From positions 1 to 38,923 of the forward strand of contig CAYMEV010000029.1 of NCBI GenBank assembly GCA_964389675.1: 38,923 nt of DNA, given 5' to 3'. Positions 27,746-38,593 of this stretch are shown here, piece after piece. Below the pieces are notes generated by a model. That model worked only from the letters and a program-made list of their open reading frames with translations, ran no database searches and was not told the DNA's origin. Source of the DNA: an uncultured Candidatus Sumerlaeota bacterium (GTDB lineage Bacteria > CAYMEV01). Both the position numbers and the translations under genes were made by a program. Positions within the stretch are counted from its first letter, which is position 1. Each line of letters opens with the position of its first letter.

Positions 27746-30016
27746 TTATGATGGCGGGAAAACATAGAAGGAAACACCCTCATAGTCCCACTGAGGCAGT
27801 TCCATTACATCATCCCTTTCATTTTCATTGATTGTATAGAAATGGCCCCCTCTGACATTGTTGAAGAATCTGTAAACAGCCACACTGGAAGTGGCCTGTG
27901 ACGGCATAACATAAAAGGATATGCCCTCGTAGTTCCATTGAGGCAGCTGCATTATTGCATCTCTTTCAGATGTATTAATGGTATACAGATGGATGCCTGT
28001 TCTTGTATTGAAGAAACGGTATGCTGCAGTGCTTCCCTGGGCTTGAGTATTATAGACCCTGAATGCCACACCCTCATAGCTCCACTGGGGCAGGTCCATT
28101 ACATCATCCCTCTCAGATTCACTGATAGTATACAGGTGGCCTCCGCGGTTTGTGTTGAAGAAGCGGTAAACAGGCACTGTTTCTTCCTGAGGTTCGCTTA
28201 CTTCCTTATGTGCGACAATAGACGGATCACCAAGATAGTTCAGTGAAAAATGAACCCATCTCATGGAATAATCTGAGTTTGCAGATCCTGCAAGATGGAT
28301 CTTTGACTGGGTAAAACCAGCTCCTATTAGATGCTGGTAGGTATTCTCAAGGGTATATCTGAATATCCAGTCATTATAAGTGAATGAAGGCCCGTGCCCT
28401 GAGAGGGAAATTTCACCAAGGCCGTACCTTGATGCTCCGATATATACAACACTGCCCCCGTTTGGATTTCTTGTGAATGCCTCGCCCAGGCATGGGTCGG
28501 CTGCACCCGCAACTTCAGGGTCAAATGCATTTGTTATGCAGGCAATGGTAATTACAATACCCGGAATATTATTGAGTGCAAGTGCGCTGTTTGAAGAAAA
28601 GTCAGCACCTGTCTCCATTGCCCAGACAGTTACATTGCCGTGGGTTGCCATATGAAAGAAGTTCATACCCTGATTCAGGATACTTGACAGTGTGGAGACT
28701 GAAACAGTGGCATCTGTATCATAGAGTGTGTGTTTGTTATGGTCAGCCCAGTATGGAGCTATGTAATTATTGTACATGGCTTCGCTCTTGGCCTTGGCAT
28801 CCCCGCTGTAGTAAAAGAGCTGAACGCCTGAAAGCAGGAGATTCTTTGGAAAGCTCTGGTTGCTTCCTGCATTGATGTAAGTATTTACCTTGTTCTTGTA
28901 GTCAAGGACCTGCTGAGCGGTCCTTACTGCAAGCCTTCCGATTATTACATCCGGTGATATATCTGCATTGTCGCCACTTATTTCTCCCACTTTGCTGTCA
29001 CCGTCTGCATTCCAGTTGAATGCACCGTCAAAACAGCTGTAGAACAGGTCTCCTGGAATAGTGTTGTCAGTTTCCTTATATGGGAGATATCCGTAGACAT
29101 TCTGGTCAGGTACACTGTATGTACTGCTGGTTCCACCATCACCGATAAGGAAGACATAGCTGATATTATTGTTCTGGACATACTGATAGATGCAGTTCTT
29201 GATCTTCAGCTGATCTGTTGCACCTTCATATGTGCTTAAAATATTGGAGACAGTCTGTATTGTTGATGTAATGCCTGCTGATTGCCTGAAATTTGCATAA
29301 GTCTGTGCAGCAGACTGTAATGTGTCTGTTGTTATTATAAGCATATCATAATCTGCTGATTTTGGTGCAACATCTACTTTGTCAGGGTAGAAAAGGCTGA
29401 AATAGGAAGGGTTAACAACAGTTCCAAGGATAATATTATTAAAAACTGCATTTGGCCTGTAGTCGATCCTTTCGTTGTCCTTACTGTATTCGCATTTTAC
29501 AGAAAAACTGACATTCTGGTACATGAAAAGCTCATTTGTTTCAGTATTATATTCAAACGGGTAGTAGGAAAAATATAGAATATCAAATCCCCTTGTACTG
29601 CCTACAGAAAGATTAACAAGTCTTTTATCCGGATATACAGATCCGCTTTTATATGTCCTGCCAGGAGGAATGAAGTCATTCCTCGGCTTTGAGATTATCT
29701 CATATCCCTGAAACGGGTAGGGTGTTACTTCCCCGAGAGATACCCTGCTGCTTTCCTTGAAAATGATGTCAGTTATCTCTGCCTGCCTTGGAACAAGGAC
29801 TCTGACCATATAAGCAGGTATATCAGGGTCTCCTTCCTTAGCCAGGGAATGTGCATCCGGATCCTGGTATGAAATCCTGTAATATCCTTCAAAAGGTTCA
29901 ATAACAACCTTGTCAATATCATATTCAAGGTCGAATGTTATCACCTCTCCAAAGCATGCTATGCTCAGGAAGGCAAAAATTACGGCAAAAAAAATTGGTT
30001 TCATAATTATTTTCAT
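27746..30016 (-). CDS. Gingipain-like C25 cysteine peptidase with propeptide and three C-terminal DUF5648-type repeats
   Basis: Signal peptide, GDPDIP propeptide, DMLIIT, YVFLIGD, DVIIGRL, catalytic THG and IAC, NYLGDP. Ends with 3x (V/A)YRFFN...G.H.YTI...ERD..M.LPQW.YEG. Confidence 0.9.
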   Translation of the reverse strand: MKIIMKPIFFAVIFAFLSIACFGEVITFDLEYDIDKVVIEPFEGYYRISYQDPDAHSLAKEGDPDIPAYMVRVLVPRQAEITDIIFKESSRVSLGEVTPYPFQGYEIISKPRNDFIPPGRTYKSGSVYPDKRLVNLSVGSTRGFDILYFSYYPFEYNTETNELFMYQNVSFSVKCEYSKDNERIDYRPNAVFNNIILGTVVNPSYFSLFYPDKVDVAPKSADYDMLIITTDTLQSAAQTYANFRQSAGITSTIQTVSNILSTYEGATDQLKIKNCIYQYVQNNNISYVFLIGDGGTSSTYSVPDQNVYGYLPYKETDNTIPGDLFYSCFDGAFNWNADGDSKVGEISGDNADISPDVIIGRLAVRTAQQVLDYKNKVNTYINAGSNQSFPKNLLLSGVQLFYYSGDAKAKSEAMYNNYIAPYWADHNKHTLYDTDATVSVSTLSSILNQGMNFFHMATHGNVTVWAMETGADFSSNSALALNNIPGIVITIACITNAFDPEVAGAADPCLGEAFTRNPNGGSVVYIGASRYGLGEISLSGHGPSFTYNDWIFRYTLENTYQHLIGAGFTQSKIHLAGSANSDYSMRWVHFSLNYLGDPSIVAHKEVSEPQEETVPVYRFFNTNRGGHLYTISESERDDVMDLPQWSYEGVAFRVYNTQAQGSTAAYRFFNTRTGIHLYTINTSERDAIMQLPQWNYEGISFYVMPSQATSSVAVYRFFNNVRGGHFYTINENERDDVMELPQWDYEGVSFYVFPPS

Positions 30017-30375
30017 GAAAACCCTCCTTTAAGTAAATTATTATTGGAACAAGAATCCTTATTATATAATTTATGGCAAAACTGTATAATAATCAAATAA
30101 AATAATTAACTATAACAGGCAGTCAAGCCAATTTAATATTTCAAAGCACTTAGTAAATTATACGGATGCTTTAACAAATTGTTATAAAAGCAGTCCTGGA
30201 AATATGTATGATGTGAAAGATGTACAGCCTGTATTTTATCTTTGCCTATGCTGGAAAATTAATATATTATTAGCAATATGTATTTTGACCTATTGATTTC
30301 AGGATATAATCAGGCCATCATTATGATCATAATGAATGCTGATAAAATATCATCTATTATGGTGTTATCTGCAAT

Positions 30376-32070
30376 ATGAAGCTTCAGAATACAATAAAAA
30401 ACATATTAAGATTTTCGGAGATTACCCAGACTATCATCAAATATGGATTTTACCAGTTATTTAAGGAATTTGGCATGCAGACAAGGAAACTTCCCGGGTT
30501 TTTTGTACATAAAAAAGCTAAAAAGCTCCTTCAGAGATACAGGAATCCTGAAAGGGCCAGAGCCTTCAGAAAGCTTTTAGAAGAGCTTGGCCCAACTTTT
30601 ATTAAACTTGGGCAATACCTTTCCCAGAGGGAGGATATACTGCCCGACGAGTATATTGTCGAATTGAGGAATCTTCAGGAGAATGTAAAGACTATTCCTT
30701 ATCCTGAGATACACGATATAATATCCAAAGAACTTGCCGGGGGCATTGATCAGTTATTCAAAAAAATTGATGAAAAACCAGTAGCATCTGCATCAATTTC
30801 TCAGGTTCATAATGCTGAGATGGTTAACGGTGATAAGGTTGTTATTAAAATACTTAAGCCGGCAGCAAGAAAGCTGATCGATCAGGATATAAGATTAATG
30901 TCTGATATAGCAAGGAATATCGATGATAATATCTTAAAACACAGCAATATATCAACACTTGAGATTGTTACAAACCTGTCAAGATCACTTGAGAGAGAAA
31001 CCGACTTTTTGATCGAAGCATCGCATATTGAGCAGTTTTATAAATTTTACGAAAAAAAGGACGGCTTTAAGGATATTAAGATACCTAAAGTTTACTGGAA
31101 TGCAACTACCAGCAGTATCATCACAATGGAGAGGCTGGACGGAAAAGGTATTGACGGCATAATAGCATCAAAGAACGGAGAATTTAAGAATAAATGTGGA
31201 GAAAGGATTATCCATTTCTGCTATGACCAGATCTTTAATATGAATATTGTTCACACTGACCTGCACAAAGGCAATATAAAGGTCGAGGATAGCGGCAGGG
31301 TTGTAATATATGATTTTGGGCAGACATATCTTGTATCAAAGGATATCGTTGCAGGGTTTATTGATATTCTGATAAATATAGAGCACCAGAAATACGAAAG
31401 GGTCGTAAAAACACTTCTTTCGCTAAGCGAGCACAGGGACAGGATACCCACAAAGACTCTTAATTTTATGATCGAGGATACCAAGGATATTTTATTTAAG
31501 TATTATAATGTACCACTGAAAAGGATAAATGTCGGGAATATTATCAAAGTGCTGTTTGCAAAATACAGAAACTACCAGGTAAAGATACCAAATCAGATTC
31601 TTATGCTTGCCAAAGCCCTTTCATATGTTGAAGCTACGATAAAAGAGCTGGCTCCTGAACTTAATATGTTTATTTATTCAAGGCAGTATATCAACAGGTA
31701 CATATTAAAGAGCTTTAATACGGATAATATATCAAATATTGCCTTTAACAACGCCATGGACATAAACAGGATATTCAAGCTGATACCTGGTTCCGTGGAA
31801 AATTTCCTTATGTTTATGCTTGAAATAAACCGTTTTACAAAAAAATTCAGCGATGAAATAAATGATATCAATATTACATTCAGAAGGACAATAACAAGCC
31901 TCTGCCTTAGCATAATAGTTGCATCCCTTGTCATCAGTTCAAGTTTTTTGATAAGAGGGTCAATCACCGAAATGGTTGCAGGCATACCGATATTTGGGTT
32001 CCTTGGATACATACTTGCCTTTATTTTCAGCATTATTATGATTATTGTGCTTATAAGGAGCAATGATTGA
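30376..32070 (+). CDS. AarF/UbiB (ABC1) family atypical kinase
   Basis: LEELGPTFIKLGQ, ASASISQVH, VVIKI, HTDLHKGNI, IYDFG and two C-terminal TM helices. Confidence 0.93.
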   Translation: MKLQNTIKNILRFSEITQTIIKYGFYQLFKEFGMQTRKLPGFFVHKKAKKLLQRYRNPERARAFRKLLEELGPTFIKLGQYLSQREDILPDEYIVELRNLQENVKTIPYPEIHDIISKELAGGIDQLFKKIDEKPVASASISQVHNAEMVNGDKVVIKILKPAARKLIDQDIRLMSDIARNIDDNILKHSNISTLEIVTNLSRSLERETDFLIEASHIEQFYKFYEKKDGFKDIKIPKVYWNATTSSIITMERLDGKGIDGIIASKNGEFKNKCGERIIHFCYDQIFNMNIVHTDLHKGNIKVEDSGRVVIYDFGQTYLVSKDIVAGFIDILINIEHQKYERVVKTLLSLSEHRDRIPTKTLNFMIEDTKDILFKYYNVPLKRINVGNIIKVLFAKYRNYQVKIPNQILMLAKALSYVEATIKELAPELNMFIYSRQYINRYILKSFNTDNISNIAFNNAMDINRIFKLIPGSVENFLMFMLEINRFTKKFSDEINDINITFRRTITSLCLSIIVASLVISSSFLIRGSITEMVAGIPIFGFLGYILAFIFSIIMIIVLIRSND

Positions 32071-32169
32071 AAGATACAAATCACCTGTCATTTTGCATGA
32101 GGCTAAAATTCAGAATTATATGGCCTGTAATATGATATTTATATATTGCTATCAGGCGGGAGAACGGGT

Positions 32170-33675
32170 ATGAAGCAAGACAGCAAAAAGCTGATGAAGC
32201 TCTATGATTTTTATATTATTTCCCTTGCGAAGCTTACCAAGGCTGACTTCGAGATCGATCTCAAGGAAAAGGTGCAGGCAAAAGCCTTTATAGAGAGGGA
32301 GATAGCCAAAGAATTCAGAGAAGAGTACTATAATAAATACCTTGATCTTCTGAGCAGTGATTTTGATGAAGATGAATATAATGCTATTATTAAAGAGATT
32401 AAAGACAACGGTGTTTTGACATATGCAAAAAAGAGGCGATTCATATACAATCTTGCTCAGATAGCCCAAAGCAAAGGCAGCCTCTCTAAGACAGACTATA
32501 AGGAAATAATCTATATAGGCTGCAAGATGGGCATAGACGAGGTAAGCACTCATAATATAATCGATTCGGTATTCTCAATCACAAATACATTTATAGCGAT
32601 TATTGGAATGGTCTGCATAGGTGCAGCCCTATATTTTGCAAGAGCTTTGATGATCCCGCTTTGCCTCGGGTATTTTCTTTCAAGGCTGGTGAATAAAGAG
32701 CAGGAGATATTGTCACGATTATTTTTCAAGAAGGAAAGCATGATCATTACAAGGATAATAGCTATGCTGACAACATTTGTCCTGTTGTTTTTCATGTTTC
32801 TGATAGGCTATCAGGCTATATACGAGATGGGAAGCCAGATGCCTGCATACTGGGAAAAGCTTAATACACTTATAGAGAAGGTTGATAATTCAATTAAAGA
32901 CCTCGTAAAAAGTGAAGATGAAGATAATAAGGATAATACAGATAAAACGAAGCCTGATGATGAGGTAAAGGATAAAAGCGCGGAAGAAATGGAACTTGAA
33001 TACCAGTTTTTGGACAGCCTAGGCAAATTCAAAGAAGGGATTACCCAGTATGACTTTTCTCTTAAAAATTTCCTGCCCAAACTGGAAAGCCTGCCGATAG
33101 GAAGCATCTTAAGCTCATTTGTAGGCAGTCTTTTTAATTTCCTTGCTTTCCTGCTGATGACATTCCTGTTTGCCGGCTATCTCGTATTTTCTGATGTAAA
33201 ATTTGAAGGTATCATGCTTGAAATGGATAAGTCAATAACGGCTTATATTACTATTAAATTCCTTATTAGCCTGATAACGGGGATAGTTTTCTATATGATA
33301 GGCATTATGTTCGACCTTGATTTTGCATTCCTGTGGGGATTCCTTGCCTTTCTTCTAAATTTTATACCATCCATAGGGTCAGTCCTGTCAACCCTTCCCC
33401 CTATAATGATATCATTTCTGACTTTTCCATTAGGGAAAGCAGTACTGCTTGCCATAATACTTATTATTGTCCAGAACCTGATGGGGAATATTGTTGAGCC
33501 TTTGTTCATGGGTAAGACAATGAGGCTGAACCCTGTAGCTGTCCTGGCAGGGCTTGTTTTCTGGGGGGTTTTATGGGGAGTACCCGGGATGCTTATGTCA
33601 GCGCCCCTCATGGCATTGATAAAGCTTGTCGCTGAAAACTACAGCTTCAGCAAAAATTACACAAAATATCTGTAG
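32170..33675 (+). CDS. AI-2E family transporter with an N-terminal TerB-like helical domain
   Basis: AFLLNFIPSIGS, NIVEPLFMG..LNPVAV and WGVLWGVPGMLMSAPL. The soluble N-terminus has LAKLTKAD and LAQIAQSKGSLSKTDYKEI..IGCKMG. The ATG at 32170 is preferred over the TTG at 32146. Confidence 0.85.
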   Translation: MKQDSKKLMKLYDFYIISLAKLTKADFEIDLKEKVQAKAFIEREIAKEFREEYYNKYLDLLSSDFDEDEYNAIIKEIKDNGVLTYAKKRRFIYNLAQIAQSKGSLSKTDYKEIIYIGCKMGIDEVSTHNIIDSVFSITNTFIAIIGMVCIGAALYFARALMIPLCLGYFLSRLVNKEQEILSRLFFKKESMIITRIIAMLTTFVLLFFMFLIGYQAIYEMGSQMPAYWEKLNTLIEKVDNSIKDLVKSEDEDNKDNTDKTKPDDEVKDKSAEEMELEYQFLDSLGKFKEGITQYDFSLKNFLPKLESLPIGSILSSFVGSLFNFLAFLLMTFLFAGYLVFSDVKFEGIMLEMDKSITAYITIKFLISLITGIVFYMIGIMFDLDFAFLWGFLAFLLNFIPSIGSVLSTLPPIMISFLTFPLGKAVLLAIILIIVQNLMGNIVEPLFMGKTMRLNPVAVLAGLVFWGVLWGVPGMLMSAPLMALIKLVAENYSFSKNYTKYL

Positions 33676-33870
33676 AATGGATAAAAGAACAGATAATACT
33701 GGAATTCATATTCATTTCTTTATTTTATCCTGATGAATAAAAATCAAACATATTTAAGGTATAATTCGAATTTGCATTTAGGATTATTCAAGGAAAAAAG
33801 CCTGATATAAGCTTTTATAAAAATGGAATTAATCTTTAAACAATATTAAATGCTGAGAAGGGAGTCAGAT

Positions 33871-34326
33871 ATGAAAAATGAGAGCGTGGGCAAGATACTT
33901 GATTTTGCCATAGAGAGAGAAAAGGAAGCAGCGGAATTCTACAGGAATCTTCAGAAAGATGTCAATTTCAAGAGCAAGCTGGAATTGTTAAAAAATCTGG
34001 AAGAAATGGAATTATCACATATTGATATACTGAATGAACTAAAAAGTAAAAACATTGAAGCATTTAAAAGCCAGCCGGTTGAGGATCTTAAGATCAGTGA
34101 TTATATAGTAGAGACACAGGACAGAGATGACCTGACTTATCAGGATATTCTCATAATTGCTATGAAAAAGGAAGAATCCGCATTCAAGCTTTATTATAAT
34201 ATGTCTCAGAAAATGACGGGTAACGAAAGTGCGAGAAGGGTTTTCCAGAAGCTTGCTTCGGAAGAGGCCAAGCATAAAAAGCATTTTGAAGAGATCTATG
34301 ACAGCGAGATCCTGAGCGAAAATTAA
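33871..34326 (+). CDS. Ferritin-like (rubrerythrin-family) di-iron protein
   Basis: Two AI..E..A..FY / E..H repeats. The ATG at 33871 follows GGGAG; the ORF track starts at 33850. Confidence 0.9.
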   Translation: MKNESVGKILDFAIEREKEAAEFYRNLQKDVNFKSKLELLKNLEEMELSHIDILNELKSKNIEAFKSQPVEDLKISDYIVETQDRDDLTYQDILIIAMKKEESAFKLYYNMSQKMTGNESARRVFQKLASEEAKHKKHFEEIYDSEILSEN

Positions 34327-34339
34327 GTAAAGGTCTCAC

Positions 34340-35392
34340 TTGGCCATGCACCTTAAAAATCTTATAATACCGGAAAATTACAGCAGTCTACTTAACCTTG
34401 TTGAAACAGAAAGCGCAATAAAGGCTATAAAGGACTTTTTCCAGAGCAGCTTTTCATCTGCACTTGGCCTTGAAAGGGTTACAGCACCCCTCTTTGTGCC
34501 TTCAGGAACAGGAATTAATGATGATCTTAACGGAATTGAAAGGCCTGTCTCCTTTACAGTAAAGGGAGCAGATAATATTGATGTCGAAATTGTCCAGTCC
34601 CTTGCAAAATGGAAAAGAATGGCACTGGCAGATTATGGCTTCAGGTATCCTCAGGGGATATATACGGATATGAATGCCATAAGGCCGGAGGAGAATCTTG
34701 ATAACCTGCATTCAATATATGTTGATCAGTGGGACTGGGAAAAGATCATGCTGCCACAGGAGAGGAACCTGGACTTTCTGAAGGATGCTGTAAAAAGGAT
34801 ATATAAATCTATCAAGGATACTGAGGAGCATATATGCGGAATTTATCCACACCTGGATCCTATTCTTCCTGATGAGATATTTTTCATCCACTCCGAGGAG
34901 CTTTTGGAAATGTATCCCGGATCTCCACCCTCTATCAGGGAGAAAAAAATAGCAGAGAAACATAAGGCAGTCTTTATAATAGGGATTGGAGCCAGGCTTT
35001 CTGACGGCAGGCCCCATGATGGCAGGGCCCCTGATTATGATGACTGGATCTCAGTCAGCTGTGATAAGGGATACAAGGGGTTAAACGGAGACATACTGAT
35101 ATATTATCCCCTTCTTGATTGTGCCTTTGAGCTCTCATCAATGGGTATTCGCGTAAATAAGGATAGCCTGATAAGGCAGCTTGACGAATGCAGGACTGCC
35201 AATAAGCTTGAGCTGATGTTTCATAAACGGCTTTATAACGATGAATTGCCGCTAAGTATTGGAGGAGGCCTGGGACAGTCCAGGATGTGCATGGTTTTTC
35301 TGAGAAAGGCTCATATAGGTGAGATCCAGGCAGGAATATGGCCTGAGGATATGAAAAATAAGTGCAGGGAAAATAATATAATGCTGCTTTAA
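34340..35392 (+). CDS. asnA: Aspartate--ammonia ligase
   Basis: NDDLNGIERPVSF, SLAKWKR, YVDQWDWE, HDGRAPDYDDW, ELSSMGIRV and SIGGGLGQSR. Confidence 0.96.
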   Translation: MAMHLKNLIIPENYSSLLNLVETESAIKAIKDFFQSSFSSALGLERVTAPLFVPSGTGINDDLNGIERPVSFTVKGADNIDVEIVQSLAKWKRMALADYGFRYPQGIYTDMNAIRPEENLDNLHSIYVDQWDWEKIMLPQERNLDFLKDAVKRIYKSIKDTEEHICGIYPHLDPILPDEIFFIHSEELLEMYPGSPPSIREKKIAEKHKAVFIIGIGARLSDGRPHDGRAPDYDDWISVSCDKGYKGLNGDILIYYPLLDCAFELSSMGIRVNKDSLIRQLDECRTANKLELMFHKRLYNDELPLSIGGGLGQSRMCMVFLRKAHIGEIQAGIWPEDMKNKCRENNIMLL

Positions 35393-36481
35393 TCAGAGAA
35401 AAAGCATAGCATCGCCATAAGAGAAGAATCTGTATTTCCTGTCAATAGCTTCCTTATAACATTCCTTGACGCTTTCAAGTCCCGCAAAAGCAGATACGAG
35501 CATAAGAAGCGTGGATTTCGGCAGGTGAAAATTTGTTATGAGGTGGTCTGCAATGCTGAACGTGAATGGAGGCCTTATAAAAAGGTCTATTCCTCCGCTG
35601 AATGCCTGAATATCTTTTACCTTATCATATATGCCTTCCAGGCTTTTTAGTGTTGTAGTGCCCACCGCAACAACCGGTATATTATCTTTTTTTGCTCTTT
35701 TTATCCTGTCCGCATTCTCATCATCAAGGGTAACTGTTTCACTGTCCATCTTATGATGGGAAATGTTGTCCGATCTTACCGGACTGAATGTTGCCAGGCT
35801 TATATCCAGGGTCACGAATGCAGTCTCAATTTTATCCGATTCGGCTATTCTTCTCATCATCTCTTCAGAGAAATGCAAACCAGCTGTTGGTGCAGCAACT
35901 GAACCCGAATGCCTTGCATAGACAGTCTGATACCTTTCTTTATCCTTTTTTATATCAGATTCCTTGTTTTGCTTTCTTCGCTTGATGTAGGGCGGGAGAG
36001 GCGGCCTGCCGTATCTTTCCAGAATGTTCCAGAACAGCTTTGCATCATCAAAGGATAACAGCAGTCTGTCGCCAAGGTTCCTGACTTTGAGAATAATAGA
36101 GGGTTCCCGGCCAATTATAATCTCATCGGTATCCAGGAATGTTTTCATTTTTTTGGCAAGGGCATAGTACTGGTTTTCAGTGATCTTCTTATAGAAAAGC
36201 AGGTCAAAAACCCTTCCGGTTCTCACCTTGACACCCTCAATACTAGCGGGAATAACCTTGGTATCATTGAATACCATAAGAAGCCTTTCAGGAAGATACT
36301 TGAAGATATTGCGGAAAACGTCATGGTGTATCTTTCCCGGTTTCCTGTCATAGACCATAAGCCTGGATTCATCCCTTTTATCAGATGGATGCTGGGCTAT
36401 CAGATCAGCAGGGAGATGAAAGTCAAAAGTACTAAGAAGGTTATATAATTCATTCTTCGAAGAGTGATTTTTGTCTTGCAT
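35393..36481 (-). CDS. queA: tRNA preQ1(34) S-adenosylmethionine ribosyltransferase-isomerase
   Basis: FDFHLPADLIAQHP, PLPPYIKR, SVAAPTAGLHF, TNFHLPKSTL and YRFFSYGDAM. The ATG at 36481 is preferred over 36517. Confidence 0.96.
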   Translation of the reverse strand: MQDKNHSSKNELYNLLSTFDFHLPADLIAQHPSDKRDESRLMVYDRKPGKIHHDVFRNIFKYLPERLLMVFNDTKVIPASIEGVKVRTGRVFDLLFYKKITENQYYALAKKMKTFLDTDEIIIGREPSIILKVRNLGDRLLLSFDDAKLFWNILERYGRPPLPPYIKRRKQNKESDIKKDKERYQTVYARHSGSVAAPTAGLHFSEEMMRRIAESDKIETAFVTLDISLATFSPVRSDNISHHKMDSETVTLDDENADRIKRAKKDNIPVVAVGTTTLKSLEGIYDKVKDIQAFSGGIDLFIRPPFTFSIADHLITNFHLPKSTLLMLVSAFAGLESVKECYKEAIDRKYRFFSYGDAMLFL

Positions 36482-37478
36482 TAAACTTGTCTTCCTTTTT
36501 AAGGTGCTTATAAGCATATTTTGTCACTATTCTGCCCCTTGATGTTCTGCTTATCAGGCCCATCTTAATCAGGAATGGTTCAAACACCTCTTCAACAGTG
36601 CGTTTGTCCTCGCCTATTGAGATGGATATAGTGTCAATACCCACTGGACCCCCGTTAAAATTATCGATCATTACCTGAAGTATCAGCCTGTCCATCTTGT
36701 CAAGCCCAAGATTGTCAATCTGCATGGAATCCAGCGCCTGGTCAATGATTGACTTCTTTATGACCCCCTTGCTGTATACAGTTGCAAAATCCTTTATTCT
36801 GGATAAAAGGCGGTTTGCTATCCTTGGCGTACCCCTGCATCTGTATGCAAGGTACTCTGCAAGATCATCCTTCAGCACAATCTTAAGAAGTTCAGATGTC
36901 CTCAGCAGTATCTTCCTTATTGAATCCGTATCATAAAAATCCAGCCTGTCCTCATATCCAAACCTTCCTCTCAGAGGTGATGTGAGGTTTCCAGCCTTTG
37001 TAGTTGCGCCTATCAGCGTAAATTTCTTAAGCGGAAGCCTGAGGGTGGATGCTCCAAGCCCGGAACCCATGACAATGTCTATTTCGAATTCTTCCATTGC
37101 AGGATAAAGCATTTCCTCTATGTTCGTTTTTAACCTGTGTATCTCATCAATAAAAAGGATGTCATTGTCTTCGAGGGATGACAATATGGCTGCGATATCT
37201 CCCTGTTTATCAAGTATAGGGCCTGATGTAATTTTAATGCTTACCTTCATTTCATTTGCAAGGATCCTTGAAAGAGTAGTTTTTCCCAGGCCTGGGGGGC
37301 CGTACAGGAGAATATGGGGCAGGGGGCGGTTTTGTATGACAGAAGATTTGACAAAAACCATAAGGTTTTCCACAAGCCTGCTCTGGCCGATAAATTCATC
37401 AAGTGTCTTCGGCCTTATATTATTCTCAAAAAGCTCTTCATTGCTGTCGATAATTTGTGGATCAAGATTCATATTCAT
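36450..37478 (-). CDS. ruvB: Holliday junction branch migration helicase RuvB
   Basis: RPKTLDEFIGQ, GPPGLGKTTL, FIDEIHRL, RGTPRIANRLL and EPFLI. Confidence 0.97.
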   Translation of the reverse strand: MNMNLDPQIIDSNEELFENNIRPKTLDEFIGQSRLVENLMVFVKSSVIQNRPLPHILLYGPPGLGKTTLSRILANEMKVSIKITSGPILDKQGDIAAILSSLEDNDILFIDEIHRLKTNIEEMLYPAMEEFEIDIVMGSGLGASTLRLPLKKFTLIGATTKAGNLTSPLRGRFGYEDRLDFYDTDSIRKILLRTSELLKIVLKDDLAEYLAYRCRGTPRIANRLLSRIKDFATVYSKGVIKKSIIDQALDSMQIDNLGLDKMDRLILQVMIDNFNGGPVGIDTISISIGEDKRTVEEVFEPFLIKMGLISRTSRGRIVTKYAYKHLKKEDKFNARQKSLFEE

Positions 37479-37481
37479 AGA

Positions 37482-38087
37482 TTATTTTCTCAGATTAGAA
37501 AGTATTGCAAGAGACCTCTTAAGCAAATAGGCTACATCCCTGCTTTGTGTCTCTTTTCTGAGGATCTGGAGCACCTCCTGTATAAGGTCATTCTTGAAAC
37601 CAAGGTTGGCCAGGCCTATCCTGACCTTGTCGAGGGGTGCATCATCCCTGGTGCTTATTGCAAAATCTCTCTTAATTTTGGGTATTTCCTCCTTCAGTTC
37701 GGATATTATCCTTTGTGCGGTCTTTTTACCGATCCCCGGTATCTGTTGTATCAATGATACATTGTCATTCTGGATTGATTCAAAAAGGCTCGAATGATCC
37801 AGGTTTGAAAGAATGTTCATCGCATATTTTATGCCTATCCCCGGAATCTTCGTAAGCTTTTTTATAAGATGTTTATCTGATATATCAGCAAATCCATAGA
37901 ATGATATGGATTCATCCTTGATAAGTGAAAGAATATAGAGGGTAATTGAATCGCCGATCTCAGGCATTTCAGAATTTGCTTTCCTGAGATAGTTTACCTC
38001 ATAACCAAGGCCGTTGTTTTCAATGAGAAGCACATTCTTTTGAATATCTATTATCTTGCCCTGAAGAAAGGAAATCACGGCCTGCAC
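37482..38087 (-). CDS. ruvA: Holliday junction branch migration protein RuvA
   Basis: ISFLQGKI, NGLGYEV, two HhH motifs (IPGIG) and LANLGF. The start may be the GTG at 38078. Confidence 0.94.
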   Translation of the reverse strand: MQAVISFLQGKIIDIQKNVLLIENNGLGYEVNYLRKANSEMPEIGDSITLYILSLIKDESISFYGFADISDKHLIKKLTKIPGIGIKYAMNILSNLDHSSLFESIQNDNVSLIQQIPGIGKKTAQRIISELKEEIPKIKRDFAISTRDDAPLDKVRIGLANLGFKNDLIQEVLQILRKETQSRDVAYLLKRSLAILSNLRK

Positions 38088-38584
38088 CCCTTTTTTCTCA
38101 ACTCCATGCAGTGGTCAAGCCCACAGCAAAAGGCTATTGATAATGCATCAGATGCATCGCTCTTCATTTCAGGATTATTAATTTTCAGCAGCTTTGATAT
38201 AATGAATGCCATTTGCCCCTTTCCTGCAAAAGCATGTCCGCTAAGGTAACTCTTTACCTTGGTAGGATTATATTCCCTGATTGGGATACCGTGAATCCCT
38301 GCTGCCACAAGCGCAGCAGCCCTGCTGTATGCAAGAATAGTTGATGTGCGTATATTCTTTCCTGTAAATACCTTCTCAATTGCCATGATCTCCGGCTTAT
38401 ATCTTTCAATTATATTTGATACTCCATTAAATATATATGCCAGGCGCATTTCCATGCCATTATTCCTTGAGGGATTTATTGTATCTGCATCAAGGTAGGA
38501 AAAATCCGAATTGCTTTTGAATTCGATAATACCGTAGCCTGTGCTGTTAATCCCAGGATCGATACCTAATACAATAAAACCCAT
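38075..38584 (-). CDS. ruvC: Crossover junction endodeoxyribonuclease RuvC
   Basis: VLGIDPG, MAIEKVF, EYNPTKVK and DASDALSIA. Confidence 0.95.
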   Translation of the reverse strand: MGFIVLGIDPGINSTGYGIIEFKSNSDFSYLDADTINPSRNNGMEMRLAYIFNGVSNIIERYKPEIMAIEKVFTGKNIRTSTILAYSRAAALVAAGIHGIPIREYNPTKVKSYLSGHAFAGKGQMAFIISKLLKINNPEMKSDASDALSIAFCCGLDHCMELRKKGCRP

Positions 38585-38593
38585 ATAAAAACT

